Below are positions 10,704-21,136 of a DNA stretch of 64,000 nucleotides, in pieces. The DNA lies in contig CAVQMM010000001.1 of NCBI GenBank assembly GCA_963713615.1, positions 1,440,001 through 1,504,000 of the forward strand, read 5' to 3'. The translations under genes and the position numbers were made by a program. The notes beneath the pieces are model-generated. The model was not told where the DNA came from. It made no database searches and was given only the letters and a program-made list of their open reading frames with translations. How positions within the stretch are numbered: the first letter of the stretch is position 1; every line of letters starts with the position of its first letter. This DNA is from an uncultured Chlamydiae bacterium (GTDB taxonomy: Bacteria > Chlamydiota > Chlamydiia > Chlamydiales > JAJFMA01).

Positions 10704-11000
10704 CTATGGCAATAAAAGCTCAAGATCAAGCCCCTTCACGGCAAGATCATTTCCAAGTGGCTGGAAGATATCCTGGAGGCTGTCAGTAACCAAGGACTTG
10801 ATGTCCCCGTCATTGTAACTAAAAGGATCTTGAAGCAAACGATAGGACAGATCAAGCGCTACGTACAATTTAGACACTTGGTGGCCCTCTTGTATCTGAC
10901 GATCGCTGGCCCCTTGAAGTTGCTCAGCCGTTTCTTGCATAGTGTTGCGCACCCAATCCCTTTGGATAGCGTTCATTGTTAATTGGCATCTTTCAGACAA
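10704..11000 (-). CDS. Hypothetical protein, possibly 5'-truncated by REP-A
   Basis: 98-aa ORF starting just inside the REP junction at about 11027. Confidence 0.35.
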   Translation of the reverse strand: MSERCQLTMNAIQRDWVRNTMQETAEQLQGASDRQIQEGHQVSKLYVALDLSYRLLQDPFSYNDGDIKSLVTDSLQDIFQPLGNDLAVKGLDLELLLP

Positions 11001-11484
11001 GTGAGCTTCGTCGGTACACAGCCAGGGCTAGGGGTCAGACGTGGGCTGAAACGAATCGACTATTTACGACGAAAATCAGTATCGATTTGTCCTCCCAGAT
11101 TCTGAAGGCAAGTGACAGAAAACACTGAGGTCAAAATGCTGTCCTTTTTGTCCTTAAGGTCCTTTTCGTCCACTTCTGGGGTTCTTGTACGGCGACAGTG
11201 ATGATGGCACCTCGGCGACACGCAGTTGGCACCTTCCATCACCGCCCGGCGTCAGCGAGTTGGCACCTTCCATCACCGACTGACGACAACCTCCTGGCAC
11301 CTCCTCCATCACCGACCCGCGACACGCGGTTGGCACCTCCCATCACCGCCCGACGACAGTCGGTTGGCACCTAAAAACAGGCCAGAATCAACGGCCCAAT
11401 CCCTCAAATCTTTCAGTCCTTTCTTGGGAGCTTGCAAGAGAGCATTTAGAATGCTGACGTCCCCAAACTTAAGCGAGAGTTAGG

Positions 11485-12981
11485 ATGTCAAATAGAATTA
11501 CGAAAGAACAATTGAGGTTGTATATGCAAATTAGAAACGGTGGCAGCATGCAGGCCACTGCCGCTGCCAAAGCGGGTATTAGTACGCGAAGCGCTAAGCG
11601 CTTCGAGAAAGGCACTCATATCAAGGAGTATCGCTCCAAATCTGGATCTTCATCAGACCCCTTCGCGAAAGTCTGGAGGACCGAGTTCGTTCCCCTGTTG
11701 GAAAGAGATCCGTTCCTAACGCCCATTACCTTAATGCGGGATCTCCAGGAACGCTATCCACAGGAATATCCCGACAGCCTACTTAGAACCCTACAAAGAA
11801 GGGTTCGGCAATGGAAAGCACTCCATGGAAGGGAGAAGGAACGGATCTTTCGGCAAAACCACCCTCCCGGTTTTCAGGGCATTTCTGACTTTACCAACTG
11901 CGATGAACTGCATGTAACAATAGAGGGTACTTCGCTTCCTCATTTGCTGTATCATTTCAGGGTTCCATTCAGCGGCTGGGCATATGCCTTTGTCATTCTG
12001 GGAGGAGAGTCCCATGTAGCTCTCTCTGCAGGTTTTCAAAATGCGTTATGGGAGCTAGGTGGGGTACCTGAAACCCATCGTACCGATAGTCTTTCAGCGG
12101 CATATAAAAATCTAAATGAATCAGCAAGAGAGGACCTTACAAACGCGTACAATGAAATGTGCGCACACTATGATGTAAAGCCCACGCGAAACAATAAAGG
12201 AGTAAAGCATGAAAATGGCAGTATTGAAAGTTCGCACAGACATCTTAAAAATAAAATCGATCAAAAGCTGCGCCTGAGGGGTTCTAGAGACTTTTCCTCA
12301 CTGCAAGAGTATCGAAACTTTGTCGATGAAATTGTTAAAAGTGACAATTCGCGACGTCAGGCTGAAGTAGCTGAAGAACGAAAGCACCTAAAGCCTCTCC
12401 CAAAACATAAGGTAGGCAGTCACGATATAGAAAACGTCGGTGTTCCTACCACGGGCATCATAACCGTACGACAGGCATATTATGCAGTGCCTTCGCGCTT
12501 GATAGGTCATACGTTAACGGTACACGTTCATGACGACCGATTAGAGTGTTTTCATGCAGCCTCTCATATCATTACTTTTCCGCGATTACGTTGGAGCAAG
12601 ACGGGTCCTCGCCCAAGAAACATCGACTATCGCCATGTCATTCCTGAGCTTGTCCGCAAGCCTCAAGCGTTTCGACACTACATCTTTAGAGATGATTTAT
12701 TTCCCAGCGATGAATTTCGCCAGGCTTGGGTGTTACTGGATGCGCGGCTTGATGAGCGTATGGCATGTAAGGAAATGGTGAGGATCTTAAAGCTGGCTGC
12801 AGACGGTCACCAGCAACAAATTGCAGCCGAGCTTCGAAAGGCACTAAACGAGCAACGCATACCAAGCTTTGAAGAGCTACAGCAACACTTTAAGGAAGCG
12901 AAGCACGTTGTCCCTCTGGTAGAGATTGAACAACACGATCTTGGCTCATACGACGAGCTGTTAAAGCACGCCACATTATAA
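11485..12981 (+). CDS. istA: IS21 transposase
   Basis: RTLQRR, SDFT, HRTDSLSAA, HENGSIESSH, YAVPSRLIG motifs. Confidence 0.95.
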   Translation: MSNRITKEQLRLYMQIRNGGSMQATAAAKAGISTRSAKRFEKGTHIKEYRSKSGSSSDPFAKVWRTEFVPLLERDPFLTPITLMRDLQERYPQEYPDSLLRTLQRRVRQWKALHGREKERIFRQNHPPGFQGISDFTNCDELHVTIEGTSLPHLLYHFRVPFSGWAYAFVILGGESHVALSAGFQNALWELGGVPETHRTDSLSAAYKNLNESAREDLTNAYNEMCAHYDVKPTRNNKGVKHENGSIESSHRHLKNKIDQKLRLRGSRDFSSLQEYRNFVDEIVKSDNSRRQAEVAEERKHLKPLPKHKVGSHDIENVGVPTTGIITVRQAYYAVPSRLIGHTLTVHVHDDRLECFHAASHIITFPRLRWSKTGPRPRNIDYRHVIPELVRKPQAFRHYIFRDDLFPSDEFRQAWVLLDARLDERMACKEMVRILKLAADGHQQQIAAELRKALNEQRIPSFEELQQHFKEAKHVVPLVEIEQHDLGSYDELLKHATL

Positions 12982-12997
12982 ATTTAGGAGAAGATTC

Positions 12998-13822
12998 ATG
13001 GTTACAAAAGAAGAAGCAGTACTACCGATACTACTCAAGCAGCTTCGCCTGCCAACAATGGCCGCTTTGTGGGAAGAAATGAGTCATCAAGCGGACCTTG
13101 AAGGGTGGGGAAGCGCCAAATGCCTGAAAGTCTTGTGTGAACACGAATTAACAGGAAGAACGGATCGTCGTATGATCAGGCACCTGAAGGAATCCTGCCT
13201 GCCCCTAGGTAAAACACTTACAGACTTCGACTTCAAAGTGACATCGCTCAATAAGACGTTGATTTGTACATTAGCCTCAGGTGGGAACTGGCTACGCGAG
13301 GGCAGAAACATTCTGATTTTTGGCCCCTCAGGAGTTGGTAAAACACATCTGGCAGCTGCAATTGGAGCGGGACTCTTAGAGCACAAGTTCCGTGTTTTGT
13401 TCATGCGTACCACCGAGCTCATTCAAAGGCTTCAAGCCTCAAAACAGGCCCTGACGCTACCGACAACGCTAGCAAAGCTGGATAAATATGATTGTTTGAT
13501 TTTAGACGATTTTGGCTATGCCAACAAGGATCTCATGGAAACAAATGTTCTCTTTGAGCTGATCTCAGAGCGATATGAGCGAAAGAGCCTGATCATAACA
13601 TGTAATCAGCCATTCAGTGAATGGACCAACATATTTCAAGATAAAGCTATGGCGGTGGCCGCAATAGACAGGCTGGTACATGACGCTCAAATTATCCAGA
13701 TCAACGGCGAAAGTTATCGCAGGAACAGCTTGTCAGCTAAAGCAAGAGCCAGTGTGACCGACCAGGATCGGGCGAAAACATTGAGTACTTGCATGAATCA
13801 AGAAATACAAGATTCGAGGTAA
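12998..13822 (+). CDS. istB: IS21 helper ATPase
   Basis: GPSGVGKTHLA, LILDDFGY, IDRLVH, GESYR motifs. Confidence 0.95.
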   Translation: MVTKEEAVLPILLKQLRLPTMAALWEEMSHQADLEGWGSAKCLKVLCEHELTGRTDRRMIRHLKESCLPLGKTLTDFDFKVTSLNKTLICTLASGGNWLREGRNILIFGPSGVGKTHLAAAIGAGLLEHKFRVLFMRTTELIQRLQASKQALTLPTTLAKLDKYDCLILDDFGYANKDLMETNVLFELISERYERKSLIITCNQPFSEWTNIFQDKAMAVAAIDRLVHDAQIIQINGESYRRNSLSAKARASVTDQDRAKTLSTCMNQEIQDSR

Positions 13823-13824
13823 AC

Positions 13825-14157
13825 ATGAAACATCATTCAGAAATACTCCTCAGTAGGGCTTTGGTTGAGGATTTACGAAATGCGGTGGCTGAGCTTGAGC
13901 GTAGAGCCGATAGCTCAATAGAAAACGCCCTAAGTGGAGACAGGACTTATGTGGCCCCATCTTTAGAGGTGCGAGAAGGGATTTTTCAGCTATTGGCCCT
14001 AGTAGCTGGCTTGGAGGAAGATCTACGTAGACGTTTTAGAGAACTTGTTGCAGAATATCTGGAACAGATCTATGCCTTTCATGCAAAATTGGAGGAAGAC
14101 TTGGAGGCTCTGGAGGGTAGCACTAGAAAGACTATCGGAGACGATCCAGTGATCTGA
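13825..14157 (+). CDS. Small helical passenger protein inside IS21
   Basis: ORF with GAGG RBS immediately after istB and inside the right TIR boundary. Confidence 0.6.
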   Translation: MKHHSEILLSRALVEDLRNAVAELERRADSSIENALSGDRTYVAPSLEVREGIFQLLALVAGLEEDLRRRFRELVAEYLEQIYAFHAKLEEDLEALEGSTRKTIGDDPVI

Positions 14158-14528
14158 GAAGAAGTTAGAACAGATGGTCCATACTCGCCCTGCGGGTATG
14201 GACCGGGCTGGAAGGACTTCAGACGAGAAGGATCTGGGCCCGGGTGATTCTGGCCTGTTTTTAGGTGCCAACCGACTGTCGTCGGGCGGTGATGGGAGGT
14301 GCCAACCGCGTGTCGCGGGTCGGTGATGGAGGAGGTGCCAGGAGGTTGTCGTCAGTCGGTGATGGAAGGTGCCAACTCGCTGACGCCGGGCGGTGATGGA
14401 AGGTGCCAACTGCGTGTCGCCGAGGTGCCATCATCGCTGTCGCCGTACAGGTTCTAAAGATGAGCCAAGAAAGTGCGGAAATTCTAGAGAGAAAATTCAT
14501 TGTTTTTAGGACGATTCGTTTCAGCCCA

Positions 14529-14629
14529 GGTCAGACGTGACTTGTTGACTTGTTCATGGTACGAGAGATTTTGGGTGAGAAATCCAGCAGAACTTTGGAC
14601 GAAAAGTCAATAAGTCACGTTTGACCCCT
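14529..14629 (+). repeat. REP-A doublet, right part (left part at 11027-11041)
   Basis: GGTCAGACGTGACTTGTTGACTT...AAGTCAATAAGTCACGTTTGACCCCT. Confidence 0.85.
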
Positions 14630-14837
14630 CGTATCGCAGCTCCCGCCTCTTTATAGGTACAGGAAAATTAATGGCTTGAGAAGCATCGATTCTGCTGGGA
14701 TGTACTATTTTATGCCAGTTTTTTCCAGAAGCCAATAGACAGGAATGCATAAGCAGCCTATAGTATCGCCAAAAACGGTTCTATCGTGTGGATTGTGAAT
14801 ATTCCTTACTACCTTCACATCGAATTTTAGGGTTCTC

Positions 14838-15524
14838 ATGACTACAAGCAGGCTATTTGTTAAAGCCGAAGAAGGCGTTCCCGCAGCAGGATACGAAAAA
14901 TCCTCCGTAAGATACTACGACAATGAGGGTAATGTTCTCATTCGTTTTGAAGGCTCTAAAGCCTGGCGATGCAATAACCCTGGCAATATGAAACACAAAA
15001 AAGGGGGCTTTGCAGCGCGCCATGGTTCAATTGGATACGCTATGAAGATGGCTGTTTTTCCAAGCGAAACCTCTGGAAGAGCTGCACTAATTGCTCGCTT
15101 AAAAGCCGAAGAATTTGGCGCCCTAACAATCGAGAAATTTCCAGAGGTGTGGGACTACGATAACGCTAGAGAATACAGAAAGATGTTGGTGAGTATCTCC
15201 AAACTGCCTCTTGAGAAAAAAATCAAGCACCTATCGGCAGAAGAATTCGAGAGATTTCGTAAGGCCGTCGAACAAATTGAGGGATGGCAGGAAGGCGAAG
15301 AGGTATTCTATGAAAAAGAATATATTGCTGGTGTTAGAAAGCGCGGTACATCAATAGCAGAGTATTTAATTCAAGGGACCAAGGGCCAAAAATGGCATTC
15401 AAAGAATGAAGCCATCGCCTTAGCTGAAATGGGAAGGCTGCATGCGATAGTAGTACATGCAAGACGAGGAACCTATCTTCGACCCGAGTATCATACCAGA
15501 CCTTTCCGCGATATGACCTGCTAG
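14838..15524 (+). CDS. RxNNPG-motif (lysozyme-like) protein with a possible DUF3892-like C terminus
   Basis: GSKAWRCNNPGN...AVF.S...G..AL; paralogous to 43787. Confidence 0.55.
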   Translation: MTTSRLFVKAEEGVPAAGYEKSSVRYYDNEGNVLIRFEGSKAWRCNNPGNMKHKKGGFAARHGSIGYAMKMAVFPSETSGRAALIARLKAEEFGALTIEKFPEVWDYDNAREYRKMLVSISKLPLEKKIKHLSAEEFERFRKAVEQIEGWQEGEEVFYEKEYIAGVRKRGTSIAEYLIQGTKGQKWHSKNEAIALAEMGRLHAIVVHARRGTYLRPEYHTRPFRDMTC

Positions 15525-15786
15525 ACTAAACGAAGACTTCGACTAAGGGGTTTTTGTACTTCGAAAAAGGCTCTCGTTAATCTCTTTGAGCTGGAGAATC
15601 TCATGTTTATTTCTTTAATGCTCTGTCCCCTTTTCGCCTGGATTCCACTGGGATATCAGAGTGATATCGACTCCATCGAATGCAAACAAAATGTGTTAGA
15701 GGCATCTTTCGATACGAATGTGCATGTTGAAGCCACCACGACTTATCCCAGTTTTCCTGGCACAAATACGTTCGTCAAGCATGTAA

Positions 15787-17502
15787 CCTCATTTCCCGTG
15801 AAAATTGTAACTAGGTCTGGCCCGGCAACGCAATTTTTAGACCCTGTAAAATTTCCCTCTGTGGTTTTGTAACCTCGGTGAGGATATGGCCGTACTTACC
15901 AGAATACTTTATTTTAGTCAGTGTATCCATTTCTTGTAGAAGCTCCCGAACCGTGTATCGTTTAATAAGACCAGACTGTCTCATTTCTTTGCGCAGAGCG
16001 CTCATGTAAATAAGGGCAATGAATTGCACAAAAAGCCTGCCATCAACAGTTGCTGAACTATGCATGCGTAAGCGTTTCATATCCAACTGATTTTTCAGGT
16101 CATCAAAGCACTTTTCTACCACATCTTTGTCTCGGTAGATTTGCAAGGACTCCACCGGATCCTTAATACTATTGGTCAACAGCGCTTGGAATCCAGCATA
16201 GCGGTTGATGTACTGACTCACAGCTTGATCATTGTACGAGACTCGTATGCCTCGCTTGCGGGTGGTCTTTATCACAAAAAATGCGTCGTACGCATCTTGA
16301 TGCGCGTTAATCAAATCTCCTGATTCCAGTTCCTTCTTATACCCAACCAATTCTTCAGTAAACTGATCGACGGCGGTGGCTCGTGCATGAGCATTGTAGT
16401 AGAGGTGTAGATAGCAGCGACGCTTGTCATCCCCCCATGGGTACAGACGAGAGTGAACATATAGGATCTCATTATCAAGCTTTTGGTATCCCTCAGGCCC
16501 ATGGATCACCCCATAAATGTCATTTATAGCGAGTTGTACCCACTTGTTCTTCAGAGGGATTGATAGAGTAAATCTGTCCCTGGCAGCAAGCAGGTGATCA
16601 ACATTTTTTTTGCTGTAGAACCCTTTGTCCATCACGTAGTGAAGTTTCTTTATCTCCAGAGCTTTGAAGGTCTTCAAGAGGTTGTGTAATGTAGTCACAT
16701 CGGTGATGTTGCCCGGAGTCCGTTCGAAATACACTGGCAAACGTCCCTTCTGGCCGAAGAGTATGGCAAGATTCAGCTGTGGTAACTTATCCAGGTCGCG
16801 GTTGTGGCCGTATTTGATGTATTCATTGAGCTCAGAATATGAGGAAATAGAAGTGATGTCGTAACAGAGATAATCATCCTCTAACACTTTATTCATCCAC
16901 TTGGTGAAAAAGGTTTGCTTCTTATCGATGCTAATGGCGCCAAGGATTTCGCTAATCCTCTGGCTGGTTAAGCACTCAACGGAAGGCACATGGTTCTTGC
17001 ACCATGTCCCGCAATAGCTCAGAGGCCCTCCTTGAATGGCAAGATAATAGGCCATTGCCTGAATCTGTTGGTACTCCTGAGGGAAGCAAGACCTCAACAA
17101 CTGTTTCAGGCCTAACTGCTCGGTAATAGCATCGAGCACGATCGAAGGTCCCACAACTTCAGCAGATGCAGTGACCGCGGGATCTCGAATGACTGCCTGT
17201 TCAGGTTTAAGACGCTTGGAGGGAATGAACTCTCCGGTGACTGGATCGAGCTTACCCACACACACTTGCTTATTACGAGACTGTTTTTTCTCTTTATCCC
17301 AGAATGAGGTGTATTCGTATACGTAGGTAACGCCGGTAGTCTTGTTTATATGGTTGACTCTGCATGGCATACACTATTTCCTTCCTTAAATCGTTACAAT
17401 TGTAACGATGAAAAATGAAAAAATCCAGCATAAAATGTGCGCAACAGGCTTTTTTTTAGTGAATTACGACAGACCTAGTTACAATTTTCGCGGGAAATGA
17501 GG
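15787..17502 (-). mobile_element. IS1634-family element
   Basis: 33-bp TIRs with one mismatch; 6-bp TSD ATGTAA (15781-15786, 17503-17508). Confidence 0.93.
15811..17370 (-). CDS. IS1634 transposase
   Basis: YDITSISSY, YGHNRD..LPQ.NL, MDKGFYS, Y...D.VEK.F..LK motifs. Confidence 0.92.
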   Translation of the reverse strand: MPCRVNHINKTTGVTYVYEYTSFWDKEKKQSRNKQVCVGKLDPVTGEFIPSKRLKPEQAVIRDPAVTASAEVVGPSIVLDAITEQLGLKQLLRSCFPQEYQQIQAMAYYLAIQGGPLSYCGTWCKNHVPSVECLTSQRISEILGAISIDKKQTFFTKWMNKVLEDDYLCYDITSISSYSELNEYIKYGHNRDLDKLPQLNLAILFGQKGRLPVYFERTPGNITDVTTLHNLLKTFKALEIKKLHYVMDKGFYSKKNVDHLLAARDRFTLSIPLKNKWVQLAINDIYGVIHGPEGYQKLDNEILYVHSRLYPWGDDKRRCYLHLYYNAHARATAVDQFTEELVGYKKELESGDLINAHQDAYDAFFVIKTTRKRGIRVSYNDQAVSQYINRYAGFQALLTNSIKDPVESLQIYRDKDVVEKCFDDLKNQLDMKRLRMHSSATVDGRLFVQFIALIYMSALRKEMRQSGLIKRYTVRELLQEMDTLTKIKYSGKYGHILTEVTKPQREILQGLKIALPGQT

Positions 17503-18100
17503 ATGTAAATCAAATTTTAGAAAATGATGCTCAGTGTCGCTTTAATCAGTTTATACAGGAAATGCAAGTTCCCGAGGGTAAAGTATTGGAGGATGATACG
17601 GATCGAACATTTCAGTATTCCCTTTATCCGATCTGCAGCTACTCCAATCTTGTAAGCGTCTATGGATTTGAGTACCGCTATAGGAACTTTCCTCACGGCA
17701 GTTGGCGGCCTTTCGGAAGAACTTTCTGGCAAAATGATTCCATCTCAGAATTAACTCTGAATGATTTATTTATGGATGAGAGTAACTATCAACAATTTCT
17801 GCTTCAACATTGTGAAGATTATCTTAAATCGCGTAAACATGGATATTATTCTTATGAACATCCTGAATGGCCTAAACTACAACTCAGCGATTTAAACACC
17901 TTTGTTCTAACAAAAAAGGGGTTATTAATTATTTTTGGAATGTATAGAGTAAACGGTCTCGATGATAACCCAGATACTGTGCTTATCCCATATCCTCTTT
18001 TAAAGCCTTTTGCGAATCCGAATGGACCCATCTCTTTGCTCCTTCACCTGCAACAAGTACACTAACCAAAACGGTCTGCGCTTGTGGCAGAACAAGTTGG

Positions 18101-18116
18101 GGCTAGGGGTCAGACG
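18101..18116 (+). repeat. REP-A left end (IS target)
   Basis: GGCTAGGGGTCAGACG directly followed by the IS terminus TGGGGTGAAACGAA. Confidence 0.8.
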
Positions 18117-19912
18117 TGGGGTGAAACGAACCACCAGTTTTCGAGAAAAATCAGGCCTATTTTTACCCCCTAATTCTGGTACCAGACCTTATGGCAGCTC
18201 CCAATTAGCAATTGTTCAATTTCCCTTGTTGAAATCTAAAAAGTTGATTATCTTGAGTTGATTTTTTAAAAATATCCCACGCCCATTGCAATTACAGGGA
18301 CAACATGAACGAAAAAACCAACAAGTCCAGCATCAACAAAGAAGCGCGTATGTTACGCAGACAAAACAAACGAATCGAGGAGAGCCGCTCCTTAATCAAA
18401 GCCAAAAATCACGAGAAAGGAAAAATCATCAAGGCACACGAGGATCGCCAAACGGAGTTAGCGCAAAATCGCGATGAATGGAAGGCGAAGTGTAAGGAAC
18501 AGGAAAGGCAATGTGCTGAGGCAGAGAAAAATTACAAGCACGTAGCGGGTCTACTTAATATAAAAGAGGAGCAGCTAAAGGAAATACTAAGGGAATTTGA
18601 AAAGTTAAAAAAAAAGATCTCCCGAAGAAACGATAAAGTTGGACTCGCTGTGCAGTCGGCTTCGATGTTGGTATCAACGCTCTGTTATCCTACTGTGCGT
18701 TCGTTTATTTGTAATAGGTGCATCTCCATTACGAACCACCGCTAACAGTTTAAAAGTCTCATTTGAGACCCTTCCTGAGCTGAAGGGGTATCGAGCGCCA
18801 TCATTTATGACGATTAAACGTTGGGCGCAACAGGTCGGTTATTATAAGCTGAAGCTCCCTAGAGTTACTGCAAACGATTGGATGGTGATCATTGACGCAT
18901 CCATTCAAATGGGTGAGAAAAAGTGCGTAGTGGTCTTGGGGTGTGGTGGGACCAACCTACCCAGGGACCGTGCGTTGACCCTTGAAGATTTAGAAATTTT
19001 GTCCATGGTCATTGTGTCGAACTTAAATGGGGAAGTCGTCGCTAAGCATTAGCCGTAGGAAAAATAATTGCTATCTGCAGCGATCGTGGATCGGAAATCC
19101 TTCGTGGTGTCAGACATTTTCAGAGCACCAATCCTGAGACGCGGCACATTGGCGATAATGCGCATCGCGTATCAAATCTACTTGAGGCTACCTTAGAGAA
19201 GGCCACACGCTGGAAAGAATTTCGCGAGCAAGTTACCCTAGCTAGGAGAAAAATGCAAAATTCCTTAATCCCCGGTGCGCTTCCGCCGAGCCCGCGAGCA
19301 AAAGCTCGCTACATGAACGTGGATTCTCTAATAAAGTGGGCTGCAGACATGTTGGTTTTGCTTGATTATGGAGTCTCGAATCCGGGTCTTGATATCGATG
19401 ACCTCCGAAAATATTTAGGTTAGCTTCCGTCCTATCGCGAAGACGTTGAATATTGGAATCGACTCATTTCTATCGGATTAGCAGCGCGTTACATTGTTAG
19501 GATAGAGGGTATTCACCAGAATGTAGCGGATTCCTTTGAACAAGCAATCTCTTCTATTGAACTCGGTAGGAGAGAACTGAAATTTTCCGATCAATTGACC
19601 ATATTTTTATTGGATCAGTCGAAGGGGATGAAACTGGGAGAGTGTTTTATAGGCTCAACAGAGGCATTAGAATCTCTTTTTGGAAAAATCAAGTACATGG
19701 AACGTGAACAAAGGGCATTTGGTTTTACTTCGCTTTTACTAGCAGCCATAGCGGCTGTTGGCCCAATCGATGAAGCAACAATCGCAAATGCATTGGCCTT
19801 AGTGAAGCTGTCAGACATAGATCAGTGGGCGGCAGAAGAAATCGGCCAGAGCGTCCAGTCTCAAAGACGGCAAATCAAGAAAATCGTAGCGAGGCTGACT
19901 TGCCCGCCTTAA
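18117..19912 (+). mobile_element. Degenerate IS with Mutator-like DDE transposase pseudogene (18305-19912); right end lost
   Basis: Left end TGGGGTGAAACGAACC; fragments carry IIDASIQ.G..K, SDRGSE, DNAH and STEALESLFGK; A9 tract at 18607-18615 and internal stops. Confidence 0.7.
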
Positions 19913-20111
19913 TTGCTTTTCGTTTCTCTAGGTTAGCTGCTTCGAATTCGTTTTCAGAGAAGCGAAATGAATCGCACATAAAGTTTACAACAACGGATCG
20001 GTTGTTGAACCCGATTACATTACCCCAGTCGAAAACAACGGCTTGAGGAGCTGCAATAAGGGAAGTGGCTGTGAGGGTTGATGCGATCAGGGAAAATAGT
20101 GTTTTTTTCAT
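19875..20111 (-). pseudogene. Exported HAD-family hydrolase, C-terminally truncated
   Basis: Signal-like N terminus followed by VVFDWGNVI; runs into the IS remnant. Confidence 0.6.
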
Positions 20112-20132
20112 AAGAATAACCTTTCGTTGAAA

Positions 20133-21098
20133 TTAGGGAATTGTAAAAACTCTCCGCAACTCGCGCAATAACTGATCAAACCGTTCCTGTAAATGTTTTC
20201 CCGCATTCCGATAAATCGCAAGCACGCGATATTGGGAGGTTGCGGGTTGCCACATCACAGGATACAGGTTAAACTTTTTTGCTAGAAAATCGGGCAGAAA
20301 GCCTATTTCCTGAGATTCCGAACAAATATTGGCAATCAGAGACCAGCTTGGAATACGGGATTTGACTGGGAGGGAATATCCATGCACTTGTTGCCAGCTT
20401 TGCTGTAGCGACAACACCTCCATTTGGTCCTCAGGAAGTAAAACTGGTTTGAGAGAGGCATCTTTATCGCTGGAGTAAAGTTGAAAATGGCCTTTTCCGA
20501 CTTCAGCTGCAACAACTCCCTTCCATGGAGCATTATCGAGAACAAGAGCAATATCAGCTTCATCATGCAAAATAGCTGCATAGGCATGGTCAGGGCGCAT
20601 ATGTTTGAAATCGATGTTATCGATGGAAAGTAAAGCCGGTACCGCAATTTGTGCAATCGCGTGGGTTGTAACGAGACGTATGGGGATCTGATCTTTTGAA
20701 ATAATTAAGTCTCGCAATTGTTTGATCCAATTTTCTAGACGTGGAAAGAGAATCTGTCCCTCACGAGTGAGTCGGAATTGCCGTTTTTCGTGGGTACATA
20801 GAGATACTCCGAAAGCAGATTCCACCCGTTGAATTGCCGTGCTTGTTGCGCTTTGGCTTAGGTGATGAAATGAAGCCGATTTTCCGAGATTTTTCATATG
20901 GGCTGCTGTAATAAATAATTCCACGTCAGCGACACGTAAATTTTTTAATGAGTTTTCAAGTTTTTGCAATAATTTTTCCTCGAGCAATTGAGTAGTATCA
21001 ACATTGTTCGCCAATTCTTTCACAAAAACCTCCCAGCTTTCAAATCGATTTTTTCGATATTGGAAATCGAATATATCAACAGTACAAATAAAAACCAA
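20133..21098 (-). CDS. LysR-family transcriptional regulator
   Basis: HTH ..HLSQSATSTAIQRVE..FGV.L...F.LTREG; start codon uncertain. Confidence 0.85.
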   Translation of the reverse strand: MVFICTVDIFDFQYRKNRFESWEVFVKELANNVDTTQLLEEKLLQKLENSLKNLRVADVELFITAAHMKNLGKSASFHHLSQSATSTAIQRVESAFGVSLCTHEKRQFRLTREGQILFPRLENWIKQLRDLIISKDQIPIRLVTTHAIAQIAVPALLSIDNIDFKHMRPDHAYAAILHDEADIALVLDNAPWKGVVAAEVGKGHFQLYSSDKDASLKPVLLPEDQMEVLSLQQSWQQVHGYSLPVKSRIPSWSLIANICSESQEIGFLPDFLAKKFNLYPVMWQPATSQYRVLAIYRNAGKHLQERFDQLLRELRRVFTIP

Positions 21099-21136
21099 GA
21101 GGTTATCCTACTATTTTTGATAAAGGAGTCAGATTC

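Larger units (their letters stand above)
11186..14449 (+). mobile_element. IS21-family element
   Basis: TG...CA ends; 205-bp TIRs (11186-11390, 14245-14449); 6-bp TSD GGTTCT; istA and istB. Confidence 0.95.
11042..14528. mobile_element. MITE of about 217 bp (17-bp TIR TGGGCTGAAACGAATCG), interrupted by IS21
   Basis: Perfect TIRs at 11042-11058 and 14512-14528; 9-bp direct repeat GGTCAGACG at 11033-11041 and 14529-14537. Confidence 0.9.
15603..18065 (+). pseudogene. Exported DUF3298/RsiV-like protein interrupted by IS1634
   Basis: Removing the IS and one TSD copy joins 15603-15786 in frame to 17509-18065; hydrophobic N terminus; LTLNDLF, F.LTKKGLLIIF..Y, V.IPY..L motifs. Confidence 0.75.

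Noticed and set aside
11186..11390. CRISPR-like periodic TGGCACC repeats
   Set aside because: The repeats are short and degenerate, mirrored at 14245-14449 as IS21 TIRs, and no cas genes are present
11060..14500. Short ORFs 11060-11483 and 14023-14500
   Set aside because: They are translations of the GC-rich TIRs
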